Source: Octopus vulgaris
Taxonomy: Eukaryota
Length of the DNA stretch: 64,000 nucleotides
Assembly: GCA_951406725.2 (NCBI GenBank)
Contig: OX597828.1
Location: 72,912,001 to 72,976,000, forward strand
Direction: 5' to 3'
Positions 1 through 13,586 of the stretch are shown here, piece after piece. Numbering within the stretch: the first letter of the stretch is position 1; every line of letters begins with the position of its first letter. A program made the translations under genes and the position numbers. The notes under the pieces were generated by a model. It was not told where the DNA came from, ran no database searches, and was given only the letters and a program-made list of their open reading frames with translations.

Positions 1-460
1 AATAAAATGATAAGAAACTATATTTATAGGGGGAAAAATGACTAAATATGGCAGTTTCTACACGAGACCTAGTGTCGACAGAATTCGGAAAATATTTGTG
101 CACAATGGGCAAGCGTTCACAGCACGACGTGTCTTTTACCTTAATCTCGGATCGATCAAGTCTTCGGGAATGAAATTTGGTAGATGGAAACTGTATGGAA
201 ACCTGTCGGACCATTCCTATTTTGGGGGTTCTAGAATTAATCCATTGCTAGTAATAATACCATCAACGGGCTCTTAACTGCTTTTAGTGGAATCTTCTTA
301 GTTGCAATTAATCTGGTCAGGTATTTTTCATTTTACTGTCAATTTCAGAGCCCCTTAAAGGAATCGCTATTCTTTCTCTTTTTGCGAAAACTTTAAAATA
401 AAATTACGGAGAAGTACTTGCATAGTAAGTGACCTGATCTGAGATCGTGTGCTGAAACAA

Positions 461-732
461 AACAATTACAGGATGGAAGGTGTTTATTAGCCATTTAAAA
501 ATACACAAAAGCCGTTCGATTTACTTCAACATTTAATTTGCCAAGATATTTTCATCGCTTTGAGATCGCGACCTCTTCACTGATAAAATTATGTGCTGCA
601 TCTCACTGAATTTTGTCAGTGAACAGGTCGCGGTCTCAAAGCGATGAAAATATTTTGGCAAATTAAATTTAAACATTGAAGTGCTTTTGTGTTTTTAAAT
701 GGCTTATAAACACCTTCCAATCCGTAATTGTT
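461..732. mobile_element. Foldback (long palindromic) element, probably Penelope-derived
   Basis: Arms about 461-590 and 609-732 are imperfect reverse complements around a loop of about 18 nt. A single-arm copy occurs at about 3189-3295. Confidence 0.75.
612..662 (+). ncRNA. Candidate minimal type I hammerhead ribozyme, G3-C8 core variant
   Basis: TTTGTCA | GTGAACA | G GTCGC-ggtctcaaa-GCGAT | GAAA | ATAT | TT | TGGCAAA. Helix I, helix II and a palindromic helix III (AAUAUU) can all form. Confidence 0.45.
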
Positions 733-811
733 AAAAATAAAAGCAAACAAACAATTCAGCATGCTAAATGCAACCTCGTGAACATGTTAGGTGAATGCTA
801 TAAAGCAAAGG

Positions 812-1055
812 TAAAGGTTACATCTTCAAGTCAAACTGACTCATAAGGGTCAGTTTCCATGGCGTGTGAATTCTCCACCTGTAAGGAACACCGATCCATC
901 ACTGGATCATTCATTTTTGCCAGCTGACTGGACTGGAAGAACGTGAAATGAAGTGCTTTGCTCAAGAACACAATTCATCACCCGGTCCAGGAATTGAAAC
1001 CACCATCTTACGATCATGAGTTCAACACCATAACCACTAAACCACGCGCCTCCAC
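812..1055 (-). mobile_element. tRNA-derived SINE (CORE-like body)
   Basis: Minus strand begins gtggaggcgcgtggtttagtggtt (A box) ... ggtttcaattcc (B box), then tgtgttcttgagcaaagcacttcatttcac. Confidence 0.75.
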
Positions 1056-1262
1056 AGGGGAATAGCATTGGCACACCTAATGCAGTGTTAGAGGAAGTTG
1101 GATCAAGAGACGCAATTTATTTTCTGTGCAAGAGACATAGATTGATATCATTGCTACTTCGGTACCGTTTGGCGAAAGTTTAAGAGAAATGTTACTGGAA
1201 AAGACGAAGGGTGTCGATTACCTACGAAGCCGATTATATAAAGAAGTAGAGTCAACTGTCTA

Positions 1263-1318
<56 letters not shown>

Positions 1319-1488
1319 ACTATCAATTAAAAATATAGAACTTCTTTGATAAAATCATCAACGATCAAAGTGTCTTTATTGCTTGGAAATCAATTTTTGA
1401 TATCATATATTCGATTATATTGATTGATTATTTTTTTAACTTTAATTACTCAAGAATTCCAATTTTTTCTATATATATATATTTTCAG

Positions 1489-1687
1489 ACTTCTTACCAC
1501 TTTTGAGACATTGTTTTGGGCTGCCTTTGGAATGGGAAATCCAAAAGCTCCAAAGTCTACTGGGAAAAGTAACCACTTGGTTGAAACAGTGGGAAATTTA
1601 ATGTATGGAGTGTATATAATCGGAGCTGTGGTTGTTCTTATTAATATGCTTATTGCCATGATGAGCAATACGTTCGAGGAAATACAG
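1489..1687 (+). CDS. TRPC: TRPC-family cation channel, internal exon (pore helix + S6)
   Basis: Acceptor ttttcag ends at 1488; donor gtaatt starts at 1688. Encodes LLTTFETLFWAAFG (LFW pore motif) and VVVLINMLIAMMSNTFEEIQ (S6). Upstream exons were not found in the window. The symbol is family-level only. Confidence 0.95.
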
Positions 1688-2226
1688 GTAATTACTTGCT
1701 TTATGTCTTTAAACTTTTAAAGCTTTTAATTAATCTTATTATAATTCTGCTTGTTCCTTCGTTACTTAGCCCATCCGTAACGCTTCCGCCAAGGAAAGGC
1801 GGAGAGCGAAATAAAAACGAGAGAGAAAAAGAGGATAAGGCGCAGAGTAAGTGATAAAGAGGAAGAGTACTGTGTATTAAGTTTATAAAATTGTGCAAAA
1901 ATTATATAAAGTGTATATATAAAGTGCATTAAATAACCATGGTATTTCAGTTTCCTTCACTTTTCAACGATTAGCGAACGAGCGACTATCTTTTGATACA
2001 GGCACAACACAGGTTTCACTTTCAGGTTCTTCTGATAACGTTTTCAGAAATAACTCAGTAAATATACTATTAATTCCATGAAATATTCATGGGTTCCGCC
2101 TATATAAATTAGTCTTTCAATTACATATGTGTGCGACATAATGTTAGGTATAAACATCTTCAGCATAACTTAATATTGAACTTAGAACAGTGAACCTAAA
2201 TAAATAATTATAACGAAACGAAACTC

Positions 2227-2547
2227 GCATCCCGTCGGTTACGACGACAAGATTCCAGTTGATCCGATCGGCAGAAGATCCAGCTAGTGAAATTAACGTG
2301 CAGGTGGCTGAGTACACCACAGACACGCTATCTCTTAACGTAGTTCTCAGGAACACTTAGCGTGACATAGAATATGACACGGTTGGCTCATTGAATTACA
2401 GGTACGGCTCATTTTTGCCAGCTGAGTGGACTGGCATAACGAGAAATAAAGTGTCTTGCTCAAGGACAGAACGAACTGCCGGGATTCGAACTCAAGGTAT
2501 CACGATCAGGAACTGAATACCTTAACCACTTAACAACGTGCCTTCAC
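2227..2547 (-). mobile_element. tRNA-derived SINE (CORE-like head, gtaaccgacgg tail)
   Basis: Homologous to 32264-32587. The 3' tail is shared with 51771-52155. Confidence 0.8.
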
Positions 2548-3057
2548 AATTACGACGAAATATTAAGAGTTCTTAACGTTATCGATTGGCAGAGTATGAA
2601 GAGGCAGAGAGCGTTCATCAGTCTGGAAGATTAAATGTAGAACAAATGTATTCAATTTTGCTACCTAATTTATTCAGAGGCTAACTAGAAGTTACACTCT
2701 CCATTCAAACACTTTATTCTGTGTACATGTTTCAAAACTTAGTTTAAAAACATTTTTTAAAACTCATTCCACTTTAAAAGCGTTTAAAAGTATCACTATA
2801 GTGTTTAAATTATATATTGTGTGTCATGTTATAGATGATACATACATATATATAAAAAGCCATTTTAAAATTAAGAAGTGAGTATGATTACAGCTGTTTC
2901 AGTATATCAATTTGTATTTAACTCGTTGCAATTGATAGACATCATCCGAACGATTATATGACAAAGATAAATAGAAGGAACATAGAGAGAAAATATGAGG
3001 AAGAGAAAGGAAAAAAGGATACATCTATCCATTGGTTAGATGGTTAGATTCTTACCT

Positions 3058-3139
<82 letters not shown>

Positions 3140-3411
3140 CGACTAGAAGAATATATAGTGACTATATATATATAAAATTGCAGCGGGGAATTTTGCCAGT
3201 GAAAAGGTTGTGGTTTCAAATCGACGAAAATATTTTGACACAAATTATATTTTGAAGTGAATGTAACGGTCTTTGTTTGTTTTTAAATGGCTTTTATATA
3301 GAGACTATATAAATAAATGTACTTATATATACATTTATACTAAGTCTCCGACTGTAGAGACTAGAACCAATGAAAGAATCTCCAGTCTGTTGTTGCACTA
3401 AATTACTTTGA

Positions 3412-3557
<146 letters not shown>

Positions 3558-3611
3558 CTATCTTGTAGCATTCGCTCGTCGAATTTCGCCCTCGCCAGAG
3601 TATTTTCATAA

Positions 3612-3926
<315 letters not shown>

Positions 3927-4039
3927 TGAGTTTAACATTCCACCGCGCTAAATGTTGTCTTTCGTCGTTTCAGATGAGCACCGGAATCGCACCATCCTCA
4001 CCCAAAATTTCAGGCCTTGTTCCTACACTAAAAAAGATT

Positions 4040-4142
4040 ATTGTTATTATTATTACTATTATTATAATTATTATTATTATTGTTGTTGTTGTTGTTGTTG
4101 TTGTTGTTATTATTATTAATATTAATATTATTATTGTTGTTG

Positions 4143-4213
<71 letters not shown>

Positions 4214-4263
4214 TCCGTCTATCCAATCATCTCTCTTTCTCTCAATCTCTGCTTGTATGTATC

Positions 4264-4297
<34 letters not shown>

Positions 4298-4828
4298 TGT
4301 ATGTATGTATGTATGTATGTATGTATGTATGTATGCATAGATGCCGTTATGTATGTATGCATAGTTGCACTTATATATGTATGTATGTATAGATGCACTT
4401 ATGTATGTATGTATGTGTGTATGTATGTATGTATGTGTGTGTATGCATGCATGCATGTATGCATGTACGTATGTATGTATGCATGTATGTATGTATATAT
4501 GTATGTATGTATGAATGATTGTATGTATGTACGTATGTATGTACGTATGTATGTGTGTATGTATGTATGTGTGTATGTATGTATGCATGCATGTATGTAT
4601 GTATGTACGTATGTATGTACGTATGTATGTGTGTATGTATGTATGTATGTATGTATGTATGTATGCATGCATGTATGTATGTACGTATGTATGCATGTAT
4701 GTATATATGTGTGTATGTATGTATGAATGCATGTATGTATGTACGTATGTATGTATGTACGTATGTATGTGTATATGTTTGTATGTATGTGTGTATGTAT
4801 GTATGTATGTATGTATGCATGTATGCTT
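4040..4828. repeat. Compound microsatellite (ATT/GTT)n + (TATG)n
   Basis: Direct inspection; explains the spurious ORFs at 3974-4946. Confidence 0.95.
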
Positions 4829-5227
4829 GTACGACGTTATAGTTCAATATAGTTTGCTACAATACATGAAAAGCCGCAGTTGTAATCCCTCATCCGGTTT
4901 AATATCACTGTTTGATCCTCAGATTAGTTTAGCGTTGGCGGAGTAAATACACTGTTGTAAGTATATATAGACAGGTCAGGCGTTTCCTTTTTCCTTCCTT
5001 CCCACCAATCTTAGAAGCCCAGTAAAGGATCGTGTCTCATACACGTCCTTACAGAGTAACCGACGTAAAAATATTATACGTCATAGTACTGGTGCATATA
5101 GTTTAGTAGGATACAGTGTCGATATGATGGTGGAGTTGAGAAGAGAATCAATACCGTAATGTGCAAAATCATGTTGAGAAAGATATTCGAATATATATTT
5201 ATATAGAATTGTTTCCTCTCGTTTCAG

Positions 5228-5284
5228 ATGCATTCAGGAGAAGAGCCAACGTCACCTAGTACAATTATAGACTATGAATACAAG
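5228..5284 (+). CDS. TRPC: TRPC-family channel, 57-nt exon
   Basis: Acceptor tttcctctcgtttcag, donor gtaggt, phase 0-0. Encodes [19 protein letters not shown], leading into the rib helix of the next exon. Confidence 0.7.
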
Positions 5285-5378
5285 GTAGGTGTCATTCTAA
5301 ACTCATCTTGAAAAATGCTCCGATAAGGGCGTCTATGTATGTATGCAAATATATAGAAGTGTGTGTGTGTGTATGTAT

Positions 5379-5428
<50 letters not shown>

Positions 5429-5430
5429 GT

Positions 5431-5470
<40 letters not shown>

Positions 5471-5731
5471 ACATATATATATATATGTATACATATATAT
5501 ATATATATGTATACACACATATATATATATATATATAATTTAATAAATAAAATATATGCATACATACATATATGTACGTACCTACATCTACATGTATATA
5601 TACATGCATATATATATATATATATATATATTACTCTGTTTTTTCGTTGTTAAAAAAAGTCCGTTTCCATGTTTGTTTTTATGTTTTCGTTTCTCGTTAA
5701 GTTCTACGTCTATTTGTGGTGTCCTGTACTC

Positions 5732-5837
<106 letters not shown>

Positions 5838-5950
5838 ACATGTAGATGTAGGTACGTACATATATGTATGTATGCATATATTTTATTTATTAAATTATTG
5901 TATGACTGAGCGCCCTAGCGTCGTTTCGTTTCTTTTCTTTTCTCCAAGTA

Positions 5951-5987
<37 letters not shown>

Positions 5988-6189
5988 GCATATAGTTATG
6001 GATCCATGTATATAAAAAACACATATGCAAGAATAGATATCTATATATGTATATACATATAGGCGTGTGCAAAAGTAGGTATACCGTTGCTTAATATGAT
6101 TGGAATGTTCTTTTCACTCTTATCCTAAAAAATAAAAATAAACAGACAGAGGTGGAAAGAACATCCCACACATATTCACTTCAAATACT

Positions 6190-6368
6190 TGCACAAGGCC
6201 AGAAGTTTCGAGCGTGGACGTAAGTCGATTATATCGACCCCGGTGCCCAACTAGAAATTATTTTATCAACCCAGAAAGGACGAAAGGCAAAGTCGATCTT
6301 GGCAGAATTCGAACTCAGAGCGTAAGAACAGACGGAATGCCACGAAGCTTTTCTCGAGCTTGCTGCCT
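6190..6368 (-). mobile_element. tRNA-derived SINE family B, degenerate
   Basis: Contains gaaaggacgaaaggcaaagtcga...gaattcgaactcaga, the reverse complement of the family at 18226-18459. Confidence 0.7.
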
Positions 6369-6562
6369 TAAACATTCCACTCGTATTAAACAAGTGCGTA
6401 TCTGCTTTGTATATATATATATATATATATATATAAATTAGAAAAAAAAAACACCTTTTATCAATTCAAAGTGAACAATTAAATTACACCATCTAGAAAA
6501 TTACATATAATAGAAATATTAAAAAGAAAATAACAATAATATACCGATGATTAAGTAAATTG

Positions 6563-6638
<76 letters not shown>

Positions 6639-7281
6639 TGAATCGTTAACATTCAAATTGGAATATTTCTTACATCTGATATTATGGCGCCACATTGTAG
6701 AATGGTTTTGTGTCCATCAGTGGATTCTTCTCAGATATAAAAATGCTTGCTGGTTTCGATCCACTTGAACGGGATTTGAAGATATATGCGGCATATAACG
6801 TTGATTATTCAACGCAATACGAAAAAAGAGTTAAAAGAAAAACACAAAAACTAACAACAAAAAATGACGACCTCACACAATCGTTTGAGGATCGGAAAAT
6901 GCTTCGTTGTATTTCATCTTCGTCTTTAAGTTCTGAGTTCTAACCACCCCAGGGTCGACTTTACATTTCAACTCCCTGAGGTCGTTAGAAAACAGTATTA
7001 TTCCAGTTCCGGTTTTAATAGTGTCCACTAATATCCTCTACGCAAAACTGCCTTCCACGTTCTTAATTTAGAAACAATTTAATTAATGTATTATCAATGG
7101 AATTATAATACAACTTATTTTCTCATTAATGTCTGTTCTGTCAGGTAAGCAGAAATTCTCATCTACAGACAAATGTTGGAACTAGTTGAAACTTGCGATT
7201 TCTTACTTCTTAAAACCCATTATATGTCGTTTAGTTTTGGACTTCATGTTTGTTTACTAAATGCTAGGGAAAAACTTTGTT

Positions 7282-7425
<144 letters not shown>

Positions 7426-7829
7426 CATATACAGATATATAGACATACACACACACATATATATCTATTTATATATATGTGTATGTATACCCGATGTCAG
7501 TTGTAGACACACACAATACAATACATTAAAATCGAAGTGACATTGGCTGATGTACAAACGTACATATTAAGTGGATTGAAATGGAATTCTGAGGATTGCA
7601 TCAAGCGACAAAGAGGAAAAAAGGAAAAATAATAAAAGAAACTTGAAAATAATAGAAAAGGAAACTAAAAAAAAATTGAAAAAAAAAAGAAAAAACACAG
7701 AGATATATTTCAGAAGATCAAATATTGCCGTTTCTTTCAAAAACCAATTATGGCAATCTTAGAATCTTTAAACTATAGAAACCACTTTTTTTCACCAAGT
7801 ATTTCGATATCTTTACTCTTTTATTCCAG

Positions 7830-7905
7830 TCTACACTTCGCAAGGTGGTATTACGGTACATCCACAAAATGAAATATGATAAAAAAGGAGATGTCGTACG
7901 AGACG
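7830..7905 (+). CDS. TRPC: TRPC-family channel exon (rib helix/CIRB region)
   Basis: Acceptor ttttattccag, donor gtatgg. Encodes STLRKVVLRYIHKMKYDKKGDVVRD, resembling the TRPC motif Y..MR.LV.RY...M. Ends in phase 1, matching the next exon. Confidence 0.8.
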
Positions 7906-8034
7906 GTATGGTTTTAATACATTTTATTCAAAGAATAATTCACTTTTTGCAATAAAATTCCTTCAATAATAGAAACTGCGGTAGTTCTCAACGACAAGTA
8001 TTATGTTTGTCCTGCATACGGTGTCATTGGGCAA

Positions 8035-8352
8035 CGGCGTGGCTGTGTGGTAAGAAGCTTGATTCGCAGCAGTGTGCTTCTGGGTCCAGTTCTACTGCAT
8101 AGCATCTTGGGCAAGTGCGTATTACTACCGCCTCGAGCTGACAAAAGCCCTCTGAGCGAATGAGTGAATTTGATAGACGGAAACTGAAAGAAGCCCGTGT
8201 GTGTGTCTTCGTGTCTTTGTTTGTTTCCCATCACCGCTCGACAGCCGGTGCTGATGTGTTACGTCCCCGTAACTTAGTGGTTCAGCAAAAGAGACTGATA
8301 GAATAAACAACAAGCTTTGCAAAAAAGATGCTGGTGTCTATTCATTCGACTA
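8035..8352 (+). mobile_element. SINE family C
   Basis: gtggctgtgtggtaagaagc...cttgggcaagtg...agacggaaactgaaagaagcc; homologous to 35513-35916 and 48852-49295. Confidence 0.8.
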
Positions 8353-8356
8353 AGAA

Positions 8357-8765
8357 TTGCCAACATAACATGGCGGTCCTGGTTTAGGACGAATGTTGCT
8401 CTAAATTAGCCCCAGGAGAAATTGTCTCCAGCTGACTATAGAACACGATCTATGTCCTTATGTTTTCGCAGAAGGGAATCTAGCACCCCCACTCAACCCA
8501 AAACAATATCTGTGTATCGCGATTTCCGGGTTATTTCCCTTCATCAGCACAGAATAATTGTTCGGCTAGAGGTGCTGATGAAGAAAAATAACCCGGAAAT
8601 CGTGATACAGAGATATTGTTTTGAGCTGAGTTGGGGTGCTAGATTCCCTTGTTCGAAAATATAAGGACACAAATCGTGTCGTATAGCCAGATGGAGACGA
8701 TGTCTCCTGGGGCTAAATTACAGCAACATTCGTCCTAAACCAGGACTACCATGTTATGTCAGCAA
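8357..8765. mobile_element. Foldback element (about 195-bp arms), probably a Penelope-like inverted pseudo-LTR
   Basis: 8357-8550 is the imperfect reverse complement of 8572-8765, with a 21-nt loop. Hammerhead motifs lie next to the loop. Confidence 0.8.
8509..8553 (-). ncRNA. Minimal type I hammerhead ribozyme
   Basis: Minus strand TCTGTG CTGATGA A GGG-aaataa-CCC G GAAA TCGCGA TA CACAGA: perfect 6-bp helix I, canonical CUGAUGA and GAAA cores, palindromic helix III (AUCGCGAU), AUA cleavage triplet. Positions 10.1-11.1 form an A.G mismatch. Confidence 0.65.
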
Positions 8766-8876
8766 ACAATCTTTACTCGAGAGTACTGTTGCTGAATATC
8801 TCCCGTTGTGAGATTTACAAATAGTAATTTTCAAAACCAATGTAACTGTTAAATGGTGGGGAAACAAAGACGCAAA

Positions 8877-9224
8877 TGATTGCGGGTTCAGTCTCACTGT
8901 GTGGCACCTTGGGCAAGTGTCTTCTACTATGGCCTCAGGTCGACCAACGCATTGTGAGTGGATTTCGATGACGGAAACTTAAAGAAGTCCATGTGCGTGT
9001 GGGCGCGCGCGCATATTTCTATGTATGTTTGTCCCCAGCATCGCTTGACAACCGATGTCGGTGTGATTGCGTCCTCGTGACTTGGCGATTCCGCAAAAGA
9101 AACCGATAGAAAAAGTACTAGACTTACAAACAATAAGTCCTGGGGTCGATTTGTTCGACTAGAAGGCGGTACCCCAGCATATTCGCAGTCAAGTGACTGA
9201 AACAAGTAAAAGAGTAAAAGAGTA
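8877..9224 (+). mobile_element. SINE family C
   Basis: gggttcagtctcactgtgtggcaccttgggcaagtg ... tgactgaaacaagtaaaagagtaaaagag tail. Confidence 0.85.
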
Positions 9225-9225
9225 A

Positions 9226-9362
<137 letters not shown>

Positions 9363-9363
9363 G

Positions 9364-9441
<78 letters not shown>

Positions 9442-9548
9442 ATGTATATATATATGTGTGTGTGTATATATCGTTTGTGCTTCATTGGTATTATATTATA
9501 TTATATTATACAGTATTGTATTATATTCTTGTATTTCTTTATTTCTAG

Positions 9549-10015
9549 ATATATTTGATACCAAAGAGGAGATTGTTGGTTACTTGATGAATGTCTTCAA
9601 CAAGATTAGCAACCGCATGGAAAGCATCGAAAACAGTTTGGTGGGTATAGATACGAAACTCGCGATGGATGAATGCAATAATGGTCTATTCCAACAGAAT
9701 CAAAATTCCGATTTCTACAACTTTGACCTCGTGGTCGATGGCAAGAACTTATGTGATAACAACTCGCAAACACATTCCCCACCGCTCAACCGGCAACCCA
9801 AAGAAAATCTCTCTGACAGTAGACAGTCTTTTACTACCGAAGTTCAATATCATGGTAATCCGCAAAAGGACTGGTATGACCGAAGCCTGCGATTTGGGAG
9901 TTCGAAGAGTGACGGCAGGCCAAACAGAACACGTAAGCAAATGGACAGTGTCACAGAAAATGTAATTTCAAGATCTGTCCCTTTACACAGTAAATATTTT
10001 AGTCACGAGGTATGA
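9549..10015 (+). CDS. TRPC: TRPC-family channel terminal coding exon (coiled coil + C-terminal tail)
   Basis: Acceptor tttatttctag; the phase 1 join gives GAT. Open for about 155 codons ([31 protein letters not shown]...FSHEV) to TGA at 10013-10015, with non-repetitive composition. Confidence 0.8.
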
Positions 10016-12642
10016 CGGGACTTTTTTTCTGATATTTTGGGACTTCAGGAGTCATCATTTCCGTTAAATCTAAGAACACGAGAAAAAGTAAAGTTTTGAG
10101 GAAGTCTTTTAAGGACTTTTGAAAACATGAATTGAAAATTCACTTCTCACCAAGGGCCCGTTTTACAAATCATGGCGAGTCGAAAGATCAATTTGACCAA
10201 ATAAAACGGTCTCTATGAAATTGATCGTTGTCCGAATTGGCCAAAGGACTGGCCGAGTTTGTCACATTGATGTTGATTTAAACGAGCTAAACAGGTGTGA
10301 AAAATACAACCTCTCTAATGAAATTTCTGTTTGCTTACTCCAGATTATTTAAGTGAATAATTCACTTGTTTCGGTAATCTGCTGAGGATATTTTCACTGT
10401 ACAGAGACAGATGTGCAGAGGTAATTTCACACCTAAGAAGGGAGCTACGTTCAGTTAGCCCTTAATTTGTACGAAACTACGTGATATCACTAAATATATT
10501 TCACTTATCTCCTCTCTTATATTTATTCAAAAATAATATCCAAAGATATTTCACCAAATTTCAACAGGTGATATCACACTAAATTTCGCCTAGATCATTT
10601 TTCGTGGAATAGCAAAGACAATTTCCTGTAGTTGCGAGACTTTTAGTGAAAAATTAATCTACAGAAATATCTTCACTTTTTGCTTCTTTGCTACAAAAAG
10701 TGATCCCGTATATTTCATGTTACACTTGAATCGCATTAAACATTTAATAATAGTTCATTTAGTTTAAATATAAAATTATAATAATATCATCATTATGTTT
10801 ATTAATATTATCATTATTATCATCATAAAAAATAACAATAACCATGATGTTTTCAACCAATCTACTGCAAGTAAAGTAATTACCAATTAGTTCTGAAATA
10901 CCATTCTCAAAATAACTCCCTAGAATTCACTACGAAAACCACCGTAAATCTGGATTTTATTTCCCAGAGATACGATTTCTTAAACATTTTCAGATCAGTT
11001 AAGGATCTCGTTACTTTCTTTATTTTATCTAATCAATCACGACATTGATTTATATAAGTAGTTAATTAGAAGATATCTTTTTAAACAATAATTAATGCAA
11101 ATATCAAATTAGTGAATTTGAAAATAATATCTGGTAACTTAACTTATTATATATATATATAAAAGTTCTCTTTAAATATTCATAAAATTTGGGTATGTTT
11201 TGCCACAGTTTTGTCAAGATCCTCGTAAGAAGAAAATACGATAAAACTAAGAAAGCAAAAAATAAGTTCACTTTTGAAATTCTTCTAATTCTAATGTCTA
11301 TGCAGAGGCTGGAAGAGAAAGTTTTAAAATATTATATTTGATTTATTGGTATAAAATCCCATCTTAAAACAGGGTTTTAAGTAATTCATTGGAAACAACA
11401 GCAATAGGAATTTGCAACAAAATGGGTTTTTAAATTGTTATTGATTTTTTAAAATAATTTATCATAACCTTTGTTTTATATATTTACACTTTTTTCTTTC
11501 AAATATACATATATATATACATATATATATTTCTTTGTTACACTGTTTTAATTACTATATTTTTGGACCTATCTTAAAATATGAGTTAATCTGTGTTGTT
11601 ATGAAGCCTACAACAGGGGTAGTTTGACTGTTTCTCTCCAGCTTTAATGTGGAAATTTTCTGTAGATATATATTTGTTTTACAGACAAAGTAACAGATGC
11701 TATGTTAAGCTGTAATCACATCACCGATACACACACTGAACTGATCCATTTTTAAACTATTTAAAATTGCAATATATCATGTGATTCCATTTCTACTTTC
11801 ATTGTATTAAAGTTACTGGTTCAACAACAACAGCAGCAAAAACAACAGCAACAACAACAACAAATATGGTCCAGTTATCGTAGGATCCTTGCCTTTATTT
11901 CTTTATACAACACAATTAACACCAATCATTTTATTCCACCAGTTTATTGTTATCGTTATGATCATCCATATATTCTTAAGTGCTTTATTTGAAACTATAT
12001 AAAATTTATACATGATTATGAAATTACGTACAGATGCACAAACGTCATTGAAAACATATCAGTTATTGGAGATAATGTCAAAATAAGTATATTTCAAACC
12101 AGCATTTCCCTAGATTAAGGTAATGACTAGTGCAAGACAATGGTGCAAAGCGGTTAAAATATTTTATCAATAATATTCAGTTTTATGGAATCTTAAAATA
12201 TGTAGCCTCTATCCTTTTGTTACGAAGAAATGTCAAAAATTTCGAAAAATTTGAATGGAACATTTACATCCATAAAATGGATTTTTCAACATCAGCAGAT
12301 GTTTTGAATTTATTATAGATATAAAGGTGGATATAGATTCTTTAATTCTTAGGTAATTATTATTGTGTATGCTATTTGAATATTTGGAGAATTTTAAAAG
12401 AATTCAGATGATAAACTGACGACTGTATTATTGAAAATATTTTTTATTTCTTCCAGCAATATCTTCTTTGAAGCCATTATATATATATATACAAACATAC
12501 ATATTTATAAATAGAAATAGAGATACACGCACACATATATATGATCATATATATAAATAGAAATATATATGTGCGTATATACTAATATTAACTAGAAATA
12601 TATTATTGCATATGCATACATACACACACACAGACACACATT

Positions 12643-12699
<57 letters not shown>

Positions 12700-13340
12700 T
12701 CACTACATATACCTCTGTAATCATAGGCATAAATAGGTTTTCTCTTTGTATGTGCGTATGTTTATATTTTCTTGAGGTAAAAGTATGTTTATGAATGATA
12801 CATATATTCTCGAGAAATAATTTTACATGCTACACATGATTTCTATATGTGTGGAAACATTAGCAAAATATTGTAAATATTGCTGACGCCATTAGAATAT
12901 AAAAATTAGTTTCCTAAAAAGGAATTTAAATAAAGTTTTCAAGAAACACGTGTAAAACATATTTTTCTTCATCAGCAAGAGACTATAAAACTCAAGATAT
13001 AATTGGTTTTACTATTATATATTTAATCATATTCCAAACAACAGGTTTTTTTTATTGTATTCATATACAACTTCCACTTAATTGCATTTGTCATTTACTT
13101 TATCTTATACATATTGTTGTATTAACTAAAGCACTTCTGTGTCACTTTCGAAGTCGTAGAAGTAGGTATGTCTATAATAAATTGCATAATTATATACAGA
13201 GCAGTTTACATCCAAACGAAAAACACTTTACCAAACGATCGACAAAATCTAATAAGTGCCAAAATAGTGAAATTATTTATTAAATACCTATAAGAGTTAT
13301 AACTTACATAAATCATACATTAGGCTGTAAATAAAACACA
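10016..13340 (+). other. Probable 3' UTR of the TRPC gene
   Basis: AT-rich, SINE-free sequence after the stop codon. AATAAA at 13176, 13330 and 14095. The end is uncertain. Confidence 0.45.
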
Positions 13341-13504
13341 TTTATTTCTAAAACTTGTTCAACGAATATGGAAATTATGTTTCGTATTACGCTCTTCTTC
13401 CAAACAGAAATTTATCTCCTTTACAATTAAAATTCTAAGTTACGATATGCTGTACTATAAAACAATGGTTTATACATATATAATATATAATGTATATATA
13501 ATTC

Positions 13505-13537
<33 letters not shown>

Positions 13538-13549
13538 TATATTCATATA

Positions 13550-13586
<37 letters not shown>

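Noticed and set aside
3974-4946. Long ORFs rich in I/V/Y/C/M/H/T (and similar ORFs throughout the track)
   Set aside because: These are translations of (ATT)n, (TATG)n, (TA)n, (CA)n, (GAT)n and (GGT)n microsatellites.
9383-9548. N-terminal part of the 210-aa ORF
   Set aside because: Intronic (TA)n read-through; coding sequence starts at the acceptor at 9549.
10004-10012. Class I PDZ-binding motif at the TRPC C-terminus
   Set aside because: The tail is S-H-E-V; position -2 is His, not Ser/Thr.
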